A DNA stretch of 64,000 bases from positions 1,860,001 through 1,924,000 of the forward strand of contig AP026162.1 in the NCBI GenBank assembly GCA_030295235.1. The letters are read 5' to 3'. Shown here piece by piece: positions 1-11,088 of the stretch. The notes beneath the pieces are model-generated. The model ran no database searches and was not told where the DNA came from. It saw only the letters and a list, made by a program, of their open reading frames with translations. How positions within the stretch are numbered: the stretch's first letter is position 1; each line of letters begins with the position of its first letter. A program made the translations under genes and the position numbers. The DNA is from Fistulifera solaris. Its lineage: Eukaryota.

Positions 1-363
1 CACCATGATGTGATTCGACGCAAAATACGATGTGCTGGGGAGATGCCTGGATCGAGCCAGGATTCGACCTAGTTCTTCGGCAGCATCAGTAATACTTCGC
101 GGATCTTCCGGATCTGAAACTAGTAAAGGAACATTCCTATTGTGGTCATGGGAGTCGGAAGGCCTCCAATTTGATGGCGAGTAAATTCCAATTGAACTTT
201 GCGATGAGGATAATGATTCGTAGCATGTAGTTGCAATTGACTTTGTGCTTACGAAAACCCCGCCCAAGATGTCTTTTGGCTTTACAAGCAGGACTTTATC
301 CTGTTGTTGTGCTCTCTTATTTCTTCGACTTATTCTTTGTCGAAGAGAAGGGAAAATGGCCAT
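1..363 (-). CDS. Partial CDS running off the window; probably a diatom CAP/SCP-like domain protein
   Basis: Not in the ORF track. ATG at 363 opens an uninterrupted frame to position 1: MAIFPSLRQRISRR...ELGRILARSRHLPSTSYFASNHIMV. The last residues resemble the lead-in to diatom CAP-domain proteins; the domain itself would lie outside the window. Confidence 0.5.
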   Translation of the reverse strand, partial: MAIFPSLRQRISRRNKRAQQQDKVLLVKPKDILGGVFVSTKSIATTCYESLSSSQSSIGIYSPSNWRPSDSHDHNRNVPLLVSDPEDPRSITDAAEELGRILARSRHLPSTSYFASNHIMV

Positions 364-833
364 TTGATATCGTTTCATTCGTTGTTGGAGTGAAGTTGGA
401 TTTTGTGACCATGAGAGCGATGATCGCCAATTTGCTTGTTGTTCGAGGAGGTTCCGAGTGGACGAACTTCCGAGAAAAATGGACATGCACGAATCAGAAG
501 TGACTGGATGAAATAGTACAAAGATCACTGCTGGTGCGACACAACGCTTTCAACGCTCGCCATCTTTTACATTTTTCAGCGCAAATAACGTGCGCCGACG
601 TTGTTTGCCGTGTTATTTCCCTTGATTGTTTGTAGATGGATGATGGAGGATGAATGATGAGATAGATCATCCGATAGTAATTTGGAGGCGAGCCAACAAA
701 CGACGAAAGTTGTCTGTGTATTCCTAGCAAACGATACGAAAGCCGGATCAGCAATAGAGTGTGACAGCGGCGATCGCCTCGTCTAGAGTCTATGCGAGTT
801 TCTCATTTCACAAGATATATTCTCGCATTCCTT

Positions 834-1271
834 ATGTCGACTTACTCAGAACTTGATCTATTTTGGGAAGAGGCTGCTCGAACTGTTGCGACAGGAGATT
901 TTAGCGCTTATTCGGCTCTATATCACCCCGATGCTGTAGTAGTAGATACTGTCACCGCACCAAATGGAACTAAACCAATCGCTGAAGCTTTGCGTCAGTG
1001 GAAAGCTAGCTTTGATGAGACCGCCTCAAGCACTCGCGAAACGACTCTCGCATTCCGATTTTCAAGACGACTGCACAACTCTGAAACAGCACATGAGTCA
1101 GGAATTTTTCAATATACTTCCAGTAGCAACACGGAACCTGTAAAGACAATTTATGTGAAGTTTGAGGCTCTCATGGTAAAGAAGGATACAAAATGGATGT
1201 GGCTGATGGAATACCAGCGGGAACTAACAAGCAAAGATGAATGGGATTCACTTCCGGGTTTTCGGAACTAG
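834..1271 (+). CDS. SnoaL/NTF2-like (DUF4440-type) protein
   Basis: Intronless. ELDLFWEEAARTVATGDFSAYSALYHPDAVVV...FRFSRRLHNSETAHESGIF...FEALMVKKDTKWMWLMEYQ fits an NTF2-fold family common in aquatic bacteria. Alternative start at 792. Confidence 0.7.
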   Translation: MSTYSELDLFWEEAARTVATGDFSAYSALYHPDAVVVDTVTAPNGTKPIAEALRQWKASFDETASSTRETTLAFRFSRRLHNSETAHESGIFQYTSSSNTEPVKTIYVKFEALMVKKDTKWMWLMEYQRELTSKDEWDSLPGFRN

Positions 1272-1479
1272 CTTGCTTTTTCAAGTTCAGTATTGCATGA
1301 GCTTTCTACGCTTTACTGGACAAAACACAGGACTCTATTTACAGACTTTGTTTATCAAATATTTACGGGGAGTACAATCGAATTACACCGTTAAATAGAG
1401 AAATAATGTTCAATGACAAAGAATACATGTTTCATTTTCAAGGTGATACAGTCTAATCAAAACTCAGTCATGAAGCATC

Positions 1480-2457
1480 TTAGAGCTCAATGGTCCTTTC
1501 TTCCTCGGCACCAGATGTGGAAAACGCATGTTGCCATGCAAACATCGGGTTCATCATAAATGACTGCATACCAAGCTGCTGACCCGCTGTGGTTGTGGCA
1601 GCTTGTTGCATCGCCATTGCTGTCATTGCGTCGGTGTAAGCTTGTTGAGCGTTCGCTCCGACAGGAGTCGCCGCCAGCTGGCTCATGTTCAAACCAGGGA
1701 TAGCATGACTAATACCTTGCATGGCAGCTTCCATCGCCGCAGTTGCCGCTTGTTGAAAACTTGCCATTGCTTGCATTGTCGCACCAGTTTGCACATCGGG
1801 GATAGCTGAATCAACATTTCCAATTTTCGACCCAGTCCCTTTCATCGTCTGGGCGACTTCTCTCGCAGCTGCTGCAGAAAAACCCTGGCTTGCATAGAGA
1901 GGCTTGAGTAGCAACGGCTTCAGCCTCGACTTGTTCCATCGAGTCTTTCATGCCGTTACTAGCTATCGGGTCATGCACGTGAGCACTGGGTTTCTGTTCT
2001 CCGTTTGGAGAAATCATCGATTGTGCTTGAATGAGCAGCTGCATCAGTTCGTCATTGTGTTGCTTCAAAGCTCCATTCGCGCGAGAGAAGAAGATAACCT
2101 GTTTGGCGTCGCTCGTTAGAAGTTGGGGAGCATTATGGAACGAATGAAAAAAAAAGAAAATAAGATGATACTTACACTGCGCTGAAGTTCCTCGATCATT
2201 ATCTTCTTTCTACGCCTGGACTCCTTTGCAGCCTTCCGGTTCTGTTCTAAACGAAGTTTTCGTGTGATCATAGCTTTCTCTTTCTCCATTTCTTTGGTAA
2301 GTCCATCACTACTTGCGAGCGGTGCAGATTGAGGTGCGGCCGATTTCATAACCTTTGACGGCGGTTCTTCATCCACAGCATCTTCTAGTTCGCGTTTGAT
2401 CGAAAGGTTCGCTCCTCCGGCGGCGTCCGCACATGTGGAGAGTATTTCCGTGGTCAT
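1480..2457 (-). CDS. bZIP transcription factor (paralog A)
   Basis: Basic region RLEQNRKAAKESRRRKKIMIEELQRS, GT-AG intron 2175..2099, zipper VIFFSRANGALKQHNDELMQLL. One-base frameshift near 1900, then an Ala/Gln/Met-rich C-terminus. Confidence 0.85.
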
Positions 2458-2536
2458 GGTCGCTATTATCAAAAAGTGAGGCTAAGCAATGATGGCTTCT
2501 TTGCACATCAAAGGAAAATTATGCGTGACGGCTTCG

Positions 2537-2969
2537 TGACGTTGATCGTGATGTAACCGTTTCCTCAAAAGATCGCTGCGAGCATGCCGAGAAACGACGT
2601 ACATTTCTACGTCAGAAATGTACTGGCAAGACGCAAACGCTTCTCCAGCCGCTCGTCACTTCGTCACTGTCGGGAAAAGACTGCGTGCTTTGTCGCGTCA
2701 CATTGATGCACTCTGCGAAAAAAGTACCCTTTTTACTATGCCGTGCACTGTTTACCTTCTTTCTGGTACGCATTCTACATAGATACGTCTGTCGAGCTGC
2801 CGTATCATCTGGCAAACGTCAGCATTGAACACCGTTTTTGAGCAAGTATGTAAAGTAAGGAAAATAGCCTACACATTATGTCAGAGTGAAAAAGACGCAC
2901 TAAAAATCGGTGTGAGAACACGTGGCGATAACCGTGAATGACGTCGCAATGACGTAACCTCTATGACGT
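2537..2969. promoter_or_regulatory. TGACGT/ACGTCA and G-box cluster upstream of bZIP A
   Basis: TGACGT at 2537, 2939, 2950, 2964; ACGTCA at 2609, 2816; CACGTG at 2919. Confidence 0.6.
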
Positions 2970-3145
2970 CTCTAGGTCCTCTCTAGCTTACCTGTTGCAC
3001 TTGCACATTACTCGTGGTGGTGTGAGTTCATTTTTGTTTTCTTTTTTTTATTTAAATAGGTTGTCAGATGATTCTTTACTTTGTAAGCTAAACAATCAGC
3101 CTCATTCAAAAATTTGTTTTACATCAAGAGAGTTCGGCTTTACTA

Positions 3146-3902
3146 TTAGACACTTTCAAAGTCTGTATTGTGGTTTCCGTCTCCAAATTTTACTCTTTGT
3201 TCTTGACCTTCTTCGTTTGTGTCAGTGAATATTGGGCACGGTTCCCTAGAGGCCGCTAATATGATAGGTGCTCCTTCATCTGTCAGTTTGCCGATGTGAT
3301 GAGCATTGATACTTGCAAGACCCTTCATAGCTGATTGCATAGCCACAGAAGCTGCCTCCTGAAAGCTCGCCATGGCCTTCATTGTTGCTCCAATCCTCAT
3401 AGACGGCGATTTACCGGACGACTCGGACACCTGTTGCGAGCTACTGTCGTTATCTGTTCCGTTTCCCGATGCCTCTAGTCTAGCGAACTCGTGAGCAGTT
3501 ACGATTCTCTGAGCCTCGCTTATACGAGTGAGTAAATCGGTGTTTTGTTGTCTGAGTAGTGCATTGGCTCGGGTGAAAAGATGACACTGCGCTGCAGTTC
3601 GTCAACCATCAACTTTTTCCGACGTCGAGACTCACGCGCTGCTTTCCTGTTTTGTTCGAGTCTGTTTTTGCGAGACAATTCTTTCCGTTCCAATTCGTGA
3701 TCATCGATTCCATTTGCAGCTAACATCGCGTTATGGAAAAGCGAGATGGATGAAGACCCGTCTGTTGGGGGCATCATTGGAAAAACCATTCCGAATGAGC
3801 CCGAATCGGTTTCCTTCGCGATCGAAGAAGACCCCCACACCCTTCAGCGCTCATTTTGTAGCGAATAGGTACTTCTTGGCTGCGTGAATCATGGGAATCC
3901 AT
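3146..3902 (-). CDS. bZIP transcription factor (paralog B)
   Basis: RLEQNRKAARESRRRKKLMVDELQRSVIF(F)TRANALLRQQN after correcting homopolymer frameshifts near 3833 and 3578. Shares the GATMxAMASFQxAA block with paralog A; no intron at the position used by A. Confidence 0.8.
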
Positions 3903-4034
3903 CCTCAAACCTCAGAATTGTTTACATGTCATGCCGATGAATTATATTTTGGTTTATTACCAGGTTTTGTGAACGCGATCAAAATCTTCGGAAGTTTTGC
4001 GAGGAGTTGCGATGATTTTTTGTGATGCAGGCTT

Positions 4035-4167
4035 ACGTCACAGATTTGACTTTCGACAAACCCGCGAAGGCTTCGGTTTCTGGACTGTGTTTTAGAAACT
4101 AGCATTACTGCACTTCAATGAATGACCGTGACGTTGCTCCTCTGGTGCCACGTCATTACTGTGACGT
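4035..4167. promoter_or_regulatory. TGACGT/ACGTCA cluster upstream of bZIP B
   Basis: ACGTCA at 4035 and 4150; TGACGT at 4129 and 4162. Confidence 0.55.
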
Positions 4168-4251
4168 ATTTACTTCTTTGGTCCAACCTTTTCTCTTTTC
4201 TTAGCCTAGTGCCTCACAGCTTGCTGCGACAAAAACTCGGACTCCAAAACG

Positions 4252-4528
4252 CTCCAAAAATGGAGTTGGGTACACTAAAGCAGATACTAAATAAATAGCG
4301 TACTTTAAAGACGTATACTAATATTTGTTTTTGGCGATCGTCGAGAAATTTTGAAGTGAAGCAAGTTCATGGTTTATGATATCATTTGACATTACAATTT
4401 TCATCATAGATCGTCCTTACAGCGGTTACAGGCGTTTCCTAACTATCGTATATAATGTAGCCCACTCCAGAAATGGAGTCCGTTGGCATGAATACTTATA
4501 TGTCGCACGACACTCCATTTTTGGAGTG
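4252..4528. repeat. Three palindromic CTCCA-N4-TGGAG sites; the outer two form a 15-bp inverted repeat (MITE-like or operator-like)
   Basis: CTCCAAAAATGGAGT (4252-4266), ACTCCAGAAATGGAGT (4464-4479), CACTCCATTTTTGGAGTG (4511-4528). Confidence 0.55.
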
Positions 4529-4863
4529 CAAAGCCGTGAGGCACTAGATCGTGACTCAAATAAGTCCCTGGTCGTTCGATTTTCTCTATACTACGTAGTA
4601 CTTGTATTATAAAACATCAAAACAGTCGGCACGATGAGCGAAGGAGATGGATCATAATGACTTCCTCGATTCTGCGTCGGTACTCGTGCATGGCGCCCAC
4701 TTACTTGTATTTTACTTGAGGAGACCTAGGGCTAACGACGATAATTATTGAAGGTTATTAAGCAGTTCAAAGGGGACTCTTTTGACTACTCCGTATCAAA
4801 GGAAGCTTTCGAAATTCATCAAACAGGAGAATCAGATCAAGAGGAAATTACATCGTTTACACC

Positions 4864-6132
4864 ATGGCCGACGATTTGCCAAATGAAGGAGACTCATGTT
4901 CTGATTACAGTGATGACGACTCGTCTTTTGACTCGGAAGCATCTTCTGACGAGACTTTTAGTGAAGGTGCTGGCCGAGGCACGACAAGCTCTGATTTGTT
5001 TCGAGCGTTTCTATCACAAATACCCCCCGACCATGCCGAGCCTGTTCCTGTCGAAACCCGGACTCCACAGGAGCTTTGGAACGACTTTATTGAAGAAGTC
5101 AGTACATCCCAAACAAAAGTTCTCAAAATAACAGATAGCTGTGTTGCAAAGTACGCTTTAGAAGCGACTGGACAAAGCGAGATGCTGAACAGTCAACTTT
5201 CAGCTGCCATAGCCTCTGCAAGAGGAATCACTCACGTCATTCTCGGCAATTCGTTGCTAAAGCATTTCAAGGAAACTGGCCAGCAAAAGAATCTTCTGTC
5301 CTCCCTTGTCAGGCAACATCAGGAATCGTTAACTTATATAAAATTGGGATCGGATAACATGACAGAATCTTCTCTGTTTGGTCTCGTCGCGTCAGCCATT
5401 CTGGATCCGCTGTACGAGTACCGAAATAGGCTGAAATTAAGTGAGATTGAAATCAGAGGTCTGGAAATCTTGAGTCAAGAGGATGTCAAGATTTTCTCCG
5501 AGATTCTTTTGGGCGGAAAAGATTCTATTCGTCAACTCAACTTACTGTGTATCGATACAGATAAAGCAGGTCCAGTCTCGTTTGATCTGTTAATCGATGC
5601 TGCTCGTCAATCCACGTGCTTGGACGAACTTCGCATTGAGAGGATTGGATGCTTTACACGAAACAACCTTGTCAGTGCAGAGAGCTTGAATAATTTGCTA
5701 TTTGAAAAAAAGAAATGGTGGAGACTTGCGCTTTGTGGTTTGGGACTTACGGACTCTCATTGTCGCATAATGGCGAGCCTTTTCTCCAGAGACAGCACGT
5801 GCAAAGTTGGAGATCTGTTATCCTTGAAGAATAATCCTTCTATAAGCGAGGCAGGATATGCTGACATTTTTAGAGTTTTCTTCAACAAGCAGCGGATGGG
5901 TCTGATAAAAGTTGATGACCTGGAATGGGAAAAGAAGTTTGATCTCGTTCGGTCCATGAATAATCTTCACGGACGGCTTCAGTTTGTCGAGGAAGGGGCT
6001 CTCGAGGATCGTGTAAAATGGGTTGAGTGGCTGGCAAAGCTGGGCAACCTTGGCTGGGAAGATGATAAGCACAAAATCAATTATCTATGGTTTACGATCT
6101 TAGAGAAGCCGGACTTTGTCAGAGGTGCGTAA
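4864..6132 (+). CDS. Hypothetical protein, possibly RNI-like/LRR-like, with acidic N-terminus
   Basis: Intact 422-aa ORF with periodic LxxLxL segments (IRQLNLL, LDELRI, WRLALCGLGLTDSHC). Confidence 0.6.
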   Translation: MADDLPNEGDSCSDYSDDDSSFDSEASSDETFSEGAGRGTTSSDLFRAFLSQIPPDHAEPVPVETRTPQELWNDFIEEVSTSQTKVLKITDSCVAKYALEATGQSEMLNSQLSAAIASARGITHVILGNSLLKHFKETGQQKNLLSSLVRQHQESLTYIKLGSDNMTESSLFGLVASAILDPLYEYRNRLKLSEIEIRGLEILSQEDVKIFSEILLGGKDSIRQLNLLCIDTDKAGPVSFDLLIDAARQSTCLDELRIERIGCFTRNNLVSAESLNNLLFEKKKWWRLALCGLGLTDSHCRIMASLFSRDSTCKVGDLLSLKNNPSISEAGYADIFRVFFNKQRMGLIKVDDLEWEKKFDLVRSMNNLHGRLQFVEEGALEDRVKWVEWLAKLGNLGWEDDKHKINYLWFTILEKPDFVRGA

Positions 6133-6142
6133 AATAATATTA

Positions 6143-6760
6143 TTAAGGAAATAGTGTTTCCAAGAACGTCATCGACGCATTCTTGGTTCTAGCTTCAGCA
6201 ATGTCCTCGTACCGGATCGTATTTCGACCGCGGAGTTTTGCGCTGTGGAAACTTTCCTTTGCTAATCGTTTCAAGAATAGCTCTGCAGCAATTGTTGTCA
6301 TTATTGCCGCTTCATTTTGTACGATGGGCGTATCGGGGTCAAGTTTCATCGCCTTCTTGACAGTTCGAAATGGGATTGTAAGTCCTGCAACAGAAGGTGT
6401 TCGTCCCCTCCGGCCTGATTTGCTAGCTGAAACGGGAGACGACTTCTTGTGCTTTTCATGGCTGTCACCGCCTTCCGATGTCGCTGGAGTTCCGGTCGAG
6501 GCTCCATCTCCCTCCGACTCCTCAACGGTGTCCACTTCATCTCCATCTTCGGCTTCCGCCATGACGCTAACATCATCGTTGTCTTCATCGCCATTAGTAT
6601 CGGAATCTTCAACATTGGCGCTTTCTCTCGTTTCTTCATCTTGTAAGCTTTGATCTTCGTTATCGTCAGCCCCTTCTTTGTTCTCTTCGTCTTCGCTGTA
6701 AGCTTCTACGTTGCGGGCGTGCTGGTCAACGCTGCTTTCGAGCTCGTCATCGTCCGGCAT
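6143..6760 (-). CDS. Histone-fold protein (NF-YC/POLE4/CHRAC1-like) with long acidic N-terminus
   Basis: LTIPFRTVKKAMKLDPDTPIVQNEAAIMTTIAAELFLKRLAKES...RNTIRYEDIAEA...FLETLFP is an H2A-like histone fold. Likely start MPDDDE at 6760. Confidence 0.85.
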   Translation of the reverse strand: MPDDDELESSVDQHARNVEAYSEDEENKEGADDNEDQSLQDEETRESANVEDSDTNGDEDNDDVSVMAEAEDGDEVDTVEESEGDGASTGTPATSEGGDSHEKHKKSSPVSASKSGRRGRTPSVAGLTIPFRTVKKAMKLDPDTPIVQNEAAIMTTIAAELFLKRLAKESFHSAKLRGRNTIRYEDIAEARTKNASMTFLETLFP

Positions 6761-7016
6761 ATTCACCAAAGTAATTCTTTGAGAGGATACTAGTCTATCA
6801 ATGACTTGCTGCTCCTGTAGACAGACGTCAGAACAATAATGCGCGATCATGGTCGAAGTTGCAGCGGGCAGCGGTGAATGCCGATGGTGGGCGAATGAAT
6901 CATGGAGCGACACGAACATCATACGGTCGCTATAAAGAACAGATCCAGTCCCGATATCGTGATAGCAAGGTTTAGACAAGCGTTCAGGTACCCGGTACCT
7001 TTTCAGCCTTGTGTAT

Positions 7017-7360
7017 TGCTGCTTATAACAGCGGTAATCATGCCAAGAAGCAACGTAAGCTTACAAAACGCGTTGAAGAAGCGAAGGATGCACTCATAGG
7101 GTCGCATCATTGTTCCGGACTCATGACTGAAGTGCAGTCGTGGTGAAAACGGACAACACTCTGACCTATAGTAGAATGTAAGGTGAACGAATGAACGAAT
7201 AGCATCGATCTGCGCACTGAAAATGCTGCTTGTAACAGCGGTAACATGTCAAGAAGCAGCGCAAGCTTACAAATCGCGGTGAATAAACGAAGGATGCACT
7301 CGTAGGATCACACCGTTTGCAGTCGTGGTAAGATACGGACATCACTCTGGCCTATAGTAG
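7017..7360. repeat. Diverged tandem duplication of about 140-160 bp
   Basis: 7017-7174 and 7224-7360 align from TGCTGCTT.TAACAGCGGTAA through CGAAGGATGCACTC to CACTCTG.CCTATAGTAG, with substitutions and one indel of about 20 bp. Confidence 0.85.
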
Positions 7361-7826
7361 GTTCACGAGAACCTCAGTTTGGTGTCTTTGCCGACTACTT
7401 TGCGTCTAAAAGAAAGTCTCGGAGATAATAATAAAAAAGCTAAGCTCTAGATCCTATCCATACTTCCTATCGACGACCTCTTTGCAAGGTGTTAGCCCGC
7501 GTGCTAAGTATGTTGAATTTGTTTGAGCAACGCGTCAATACTTGGATCTTCCCTCTTCTGAAAGATAACAGGTCTCAAACACCCCTTACCCATTCATTTA
7601 GAGTGTTTAGAATGTTTCATGATCGTGTGCATTTTTTACGATCATCAGCTGAAAAAAATGGAAATACCTTTATCATGCCGAATCATCTGTTCGCAACTGT
7701 AGCGTTATCCTCTACAAAGCAATCGATTCAATAATTCCGAAGAACATACTCTAAGATTAAGCTTATGATAAAAAACGAAAGCCTGAATCGAAAACAATAC
7801 CAGATGCAAACTGCAGCCTTCGACAG

Positions 7827-8543
7827 TTAGCATTCTTCTTGGCTTTTTCGAACAACCTGTCGCACTTTCTTTTTGAAAGCCGCCCGATCGTTGCGCCACA
7901 TGACCGCAGCATCCAGGTTGGCCGGACTCTCGTCATTGGGGTCGGATAGCATGGAAATCACCGAAACGAGAATCTGCTCCACGCCCAGAATCGGTCGCCA
8001 GCGCTCTTCCGCAGATTCTTGCTGATTGAACTCATCCTCGCCGGGAGGATGCAAAATAGAGATGCAAACCCTTCCGTCCGTATATACATTGGGATGCCAC
8101 ATTTCCGACGTGAACGTCATAGTTGGGGGCATGTTGGGAAAGTCCGGGGGAAACACGAGCTTTGCCTTGAAAAAGCCTCCTTCATACAAAGTCCCATCCG
8201 GTCCCATAATAAGAATTTCCCATTCGTACACATTGCTATCATCTACGAGGCCGACAGACACCAAATCGATCGGGTTTTTGGCCAGGTCTTTGTGTCCGCA
8301 GAAAACGAGGTGAGTCTGATGTCTCAAGCTGAGCGAGCTACATTCTCATCAACTCATTCATCCACGACGGTCATTGATGATATTCACTACTTTGATTTAT
8401 AAGAAACAAATGATAACGACTAAATAATGCTCGACGAACACAATAGCCGCGGCAAAATAAAAACATTATTCACGACTATTGAAAATGACGCTCTACCTAC
8501 CTGTGAGTTGCCGCCGCAACAGTTCCGTTCCATAATCCGACAT
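7827..8543 (-). CDS. UBC7: Ubiquitin-conjugating enzyme E2 of the UBC7/UBE2G class
   Basis: Exon 1 8543..8501 (MSDYGTELLRRQLT), intron 8500..8288. HPNVYTDGRVCISILHPPG with the acidic loop insertion (EDEFNQQESAEERW) typical of this class. Confidence 0.92.
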
Positions 8544-9395
8544 TCTGTCTCGATGATCGATGAGCACACTCAGTAAGTAAAACAGGCAAGCACCGATTTA
8601 TCGACTCGCCAGGTATTGATGTCTGTATAGCCGGAGACCTTCGACCTTTTGCCGCGTTTGTTGTGGTTGAGTGCAGTGACTGCTTTTGCGTCGTTTCGAA
8701 GGCCGTCGGCCGTCGTGTTTTTTGCCTCGCATTTTTCTCCCTCCTTCCACCTTCGAAACGAAACCGCTGCGTCGATCGTCCGTTTCAAACTCAACTTTAT
8801 AGCCGCTGATAGTGTAGATTTGAGAAAGGCCAAAGTACATTCTAAACTACAGTCGAGCTTCAATGACTCGTGACTCATCTCGTTGGTGATACAGTTCTGT
8901 ACGTTAATGGGTCGCGTCTGAAAGGTAGTGTAGACAAAAGTGTAGCACCGACCACGACCACGGATTTTCGAAGCATGCGCGGACGAAAAACAAACGTGAG
9001 GAGGCCAGCAAACCGCAAACTCAACTTATTTCAACAAGCAGCACAACCAGTCGAAACGAATCTCTGCCATTTGAATAGTACTATTTCAATTGCTGTTAGC
9101 ATAATCACAAGTTTTTGTGTCAGTTTTTTGAATCCAGTTCACAAGAAGTTTTTGCAATCATTACGGTCCCCGTGATAACTACCCATCTTGACTCTTCAGC
9201 AGCTCCCTGTCGCTGCTCGCAATTTACCGAATCATCATCTATATCGATACCGCTTCTCAGCACTTGTTATCCGGCGCAAAAGTGTCGGATTACAACATCA
9301 TCAAAACGACTTCTTTCACGAATAATCGAGAGATTTGGCTATTTGCCAAAGGTTTATATTTTATACGATAAGCGGTGACAAAACGGATTTGAAAA

Positions 9396-10673
9396 ATGGT
9401 AGTCCGCGGAGGCACCATCATTAATATTGCTGGAACTACGCCAGTGGACGATCCTGCGTACCGTTACAAGATGCCAGCTGTTTTCGGAAAGATTGAAGGT
9501 TCGGGAAATGGTATTAAAACGGTGCTTGTGAACGTGCTGGATGTTGCGAACTCACTTCATCGCGAGCCGGGCGAAGTCAGCAAGTTCTTTGGCACGGAGA
9601 TGGGAGCCCAATCTCGCTACAGTGCGGATACGGATCGTGCCATTGTCAACGGAGCACATACGGATGCTACTCTTCAAGAGCTCATGCATCGTTACATTGA
9701 GAAATTTGTTCTGTGCCCCACTTGCCGATTGCCCGAGACCAAGTACAAGATCAAGAGCGACACCATCTACCATTCCTGTGCGGCGTGCGGTGCAAAGGAT
9801 ATGGTCGACATGAGTCACAAGCTTTGTAACTACATCTTGGCAGAAAACAAGAAGGCTAAGAAGGATAAAGGCAAGGACAAAAAAGTCGAAAAAGGAGAAA
9901 GATGACGATTCGGATGGCAAGAAGAAGAAAGACAAGAAAGCCAAAAAGGATAAGAAGGACAAGAAAAAGGACAAGAAAGACAAAGGTAAGATCCATTTCT
10001 GCTTGTTACCAGTTGTTGGGTCTCGCTCTACGGACTAAACGATACCTTACCTGATATTATAGAAAACGGAGACAAGAACTACATCAAGGATGCTCTTTCT
10101 GGCAAGAAAGACGATGAATTTGATGAAGATGACGATGAAGATGATAGCTCTGATGCCACCGAAGTTGTCGACGATGATAGTGCTTTCCAGCTTGCTGTTG
10201 ACGCCACGAAGACGTTCATCAAGGAGAACGCTAATGCCACAGACGACCAGCTCATCGAGTATGTCACCAACCAGCAGATGGCTTCGGCTCTGAAGTCTCA
10301 TGACAAGATTCGAATCCTCATTCTCGCTGCTTTCACGTCCGACTTCTACAAGAACAAGGAGGTTGAAAAGTATGCTCCTGTCATCGCGCGGATCGCCAAC
10401 TCGAACCGAATCATGGAACGTCATATCATTTCTGCATTGGAAGCGTTCTGTGTCGAGAAAACGAAGAACTTTCCTGTTTTGCTCAAGCAACTGTATGACG
10501 AAGATGCTTTGGACGAAGAGACGATCTTGGAGTGGGCCGATCAGGGCCGTAGCGAGTTCACTCTACCGTCAGTCGACGAAGACTCGCGTGCGATCCTTCG
10601 CGGTGAAGCTGAACCCGTTGTCGTTTGGCTCCAGGAAGCTGAGAGCGAGGATGAAAGCTCCGATGAGGAATAG
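9396..10673 (+). CDS. eIF5: Eukaryotic translation initiation factor 5
   Basis: DDPAYRYKMP...KIEGSGNGIKT GAP domain, CPTC/CAAC zinc ribbon, Lys-rich boxes, W2 domain ending WLQEAESEDESSDEE. Intron 9986..10062; one extra A in the run near 9880. Confidence 0.95.
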
Positions 10674-11088
10674 CTTGCTTTTATAGTATGGGGACCAGAC
10701 CGACGAGCGCAATTTGAAAACAAGGGATCTTCTGGCTATTGCCCCTTACACATTATTGGTTTTAATGCAAAAAGTTTATGTGACACAATGCTTTTTTTAC
10801 TTTAGTAGTGCAGCTTACCAGCGATGTCCATAGTTCAGCCGATGTCTAAAGGAGTCTTTGGAAGGAGCAAGACGTGTAGAGGGTCAAAATAGTACATGCC
10901 AAGTTCAAATAGCTTCGACGACGGATGGTACCGATAAAAGCTTAAATGAGTGTTCAAGATAAATCATTTTTATGTTAAGAGCATATAGTATCGTCCGGTT
11001 TACTAAAGTCCACCAGGTTAAGTCGGAAGAAAACCGACGCAGCAATCTATGTGTATGAGGAATTCGTCAATCAGTGCGCTCGTTGTTC

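Noticed and set aside
9870..9905. Programmed frameshift or pseudogene in eIF5 and other split genes
   Set aside because: Same homopolymer indel pattern across many unrelated essential genes; sequencing error is more parsimonious.
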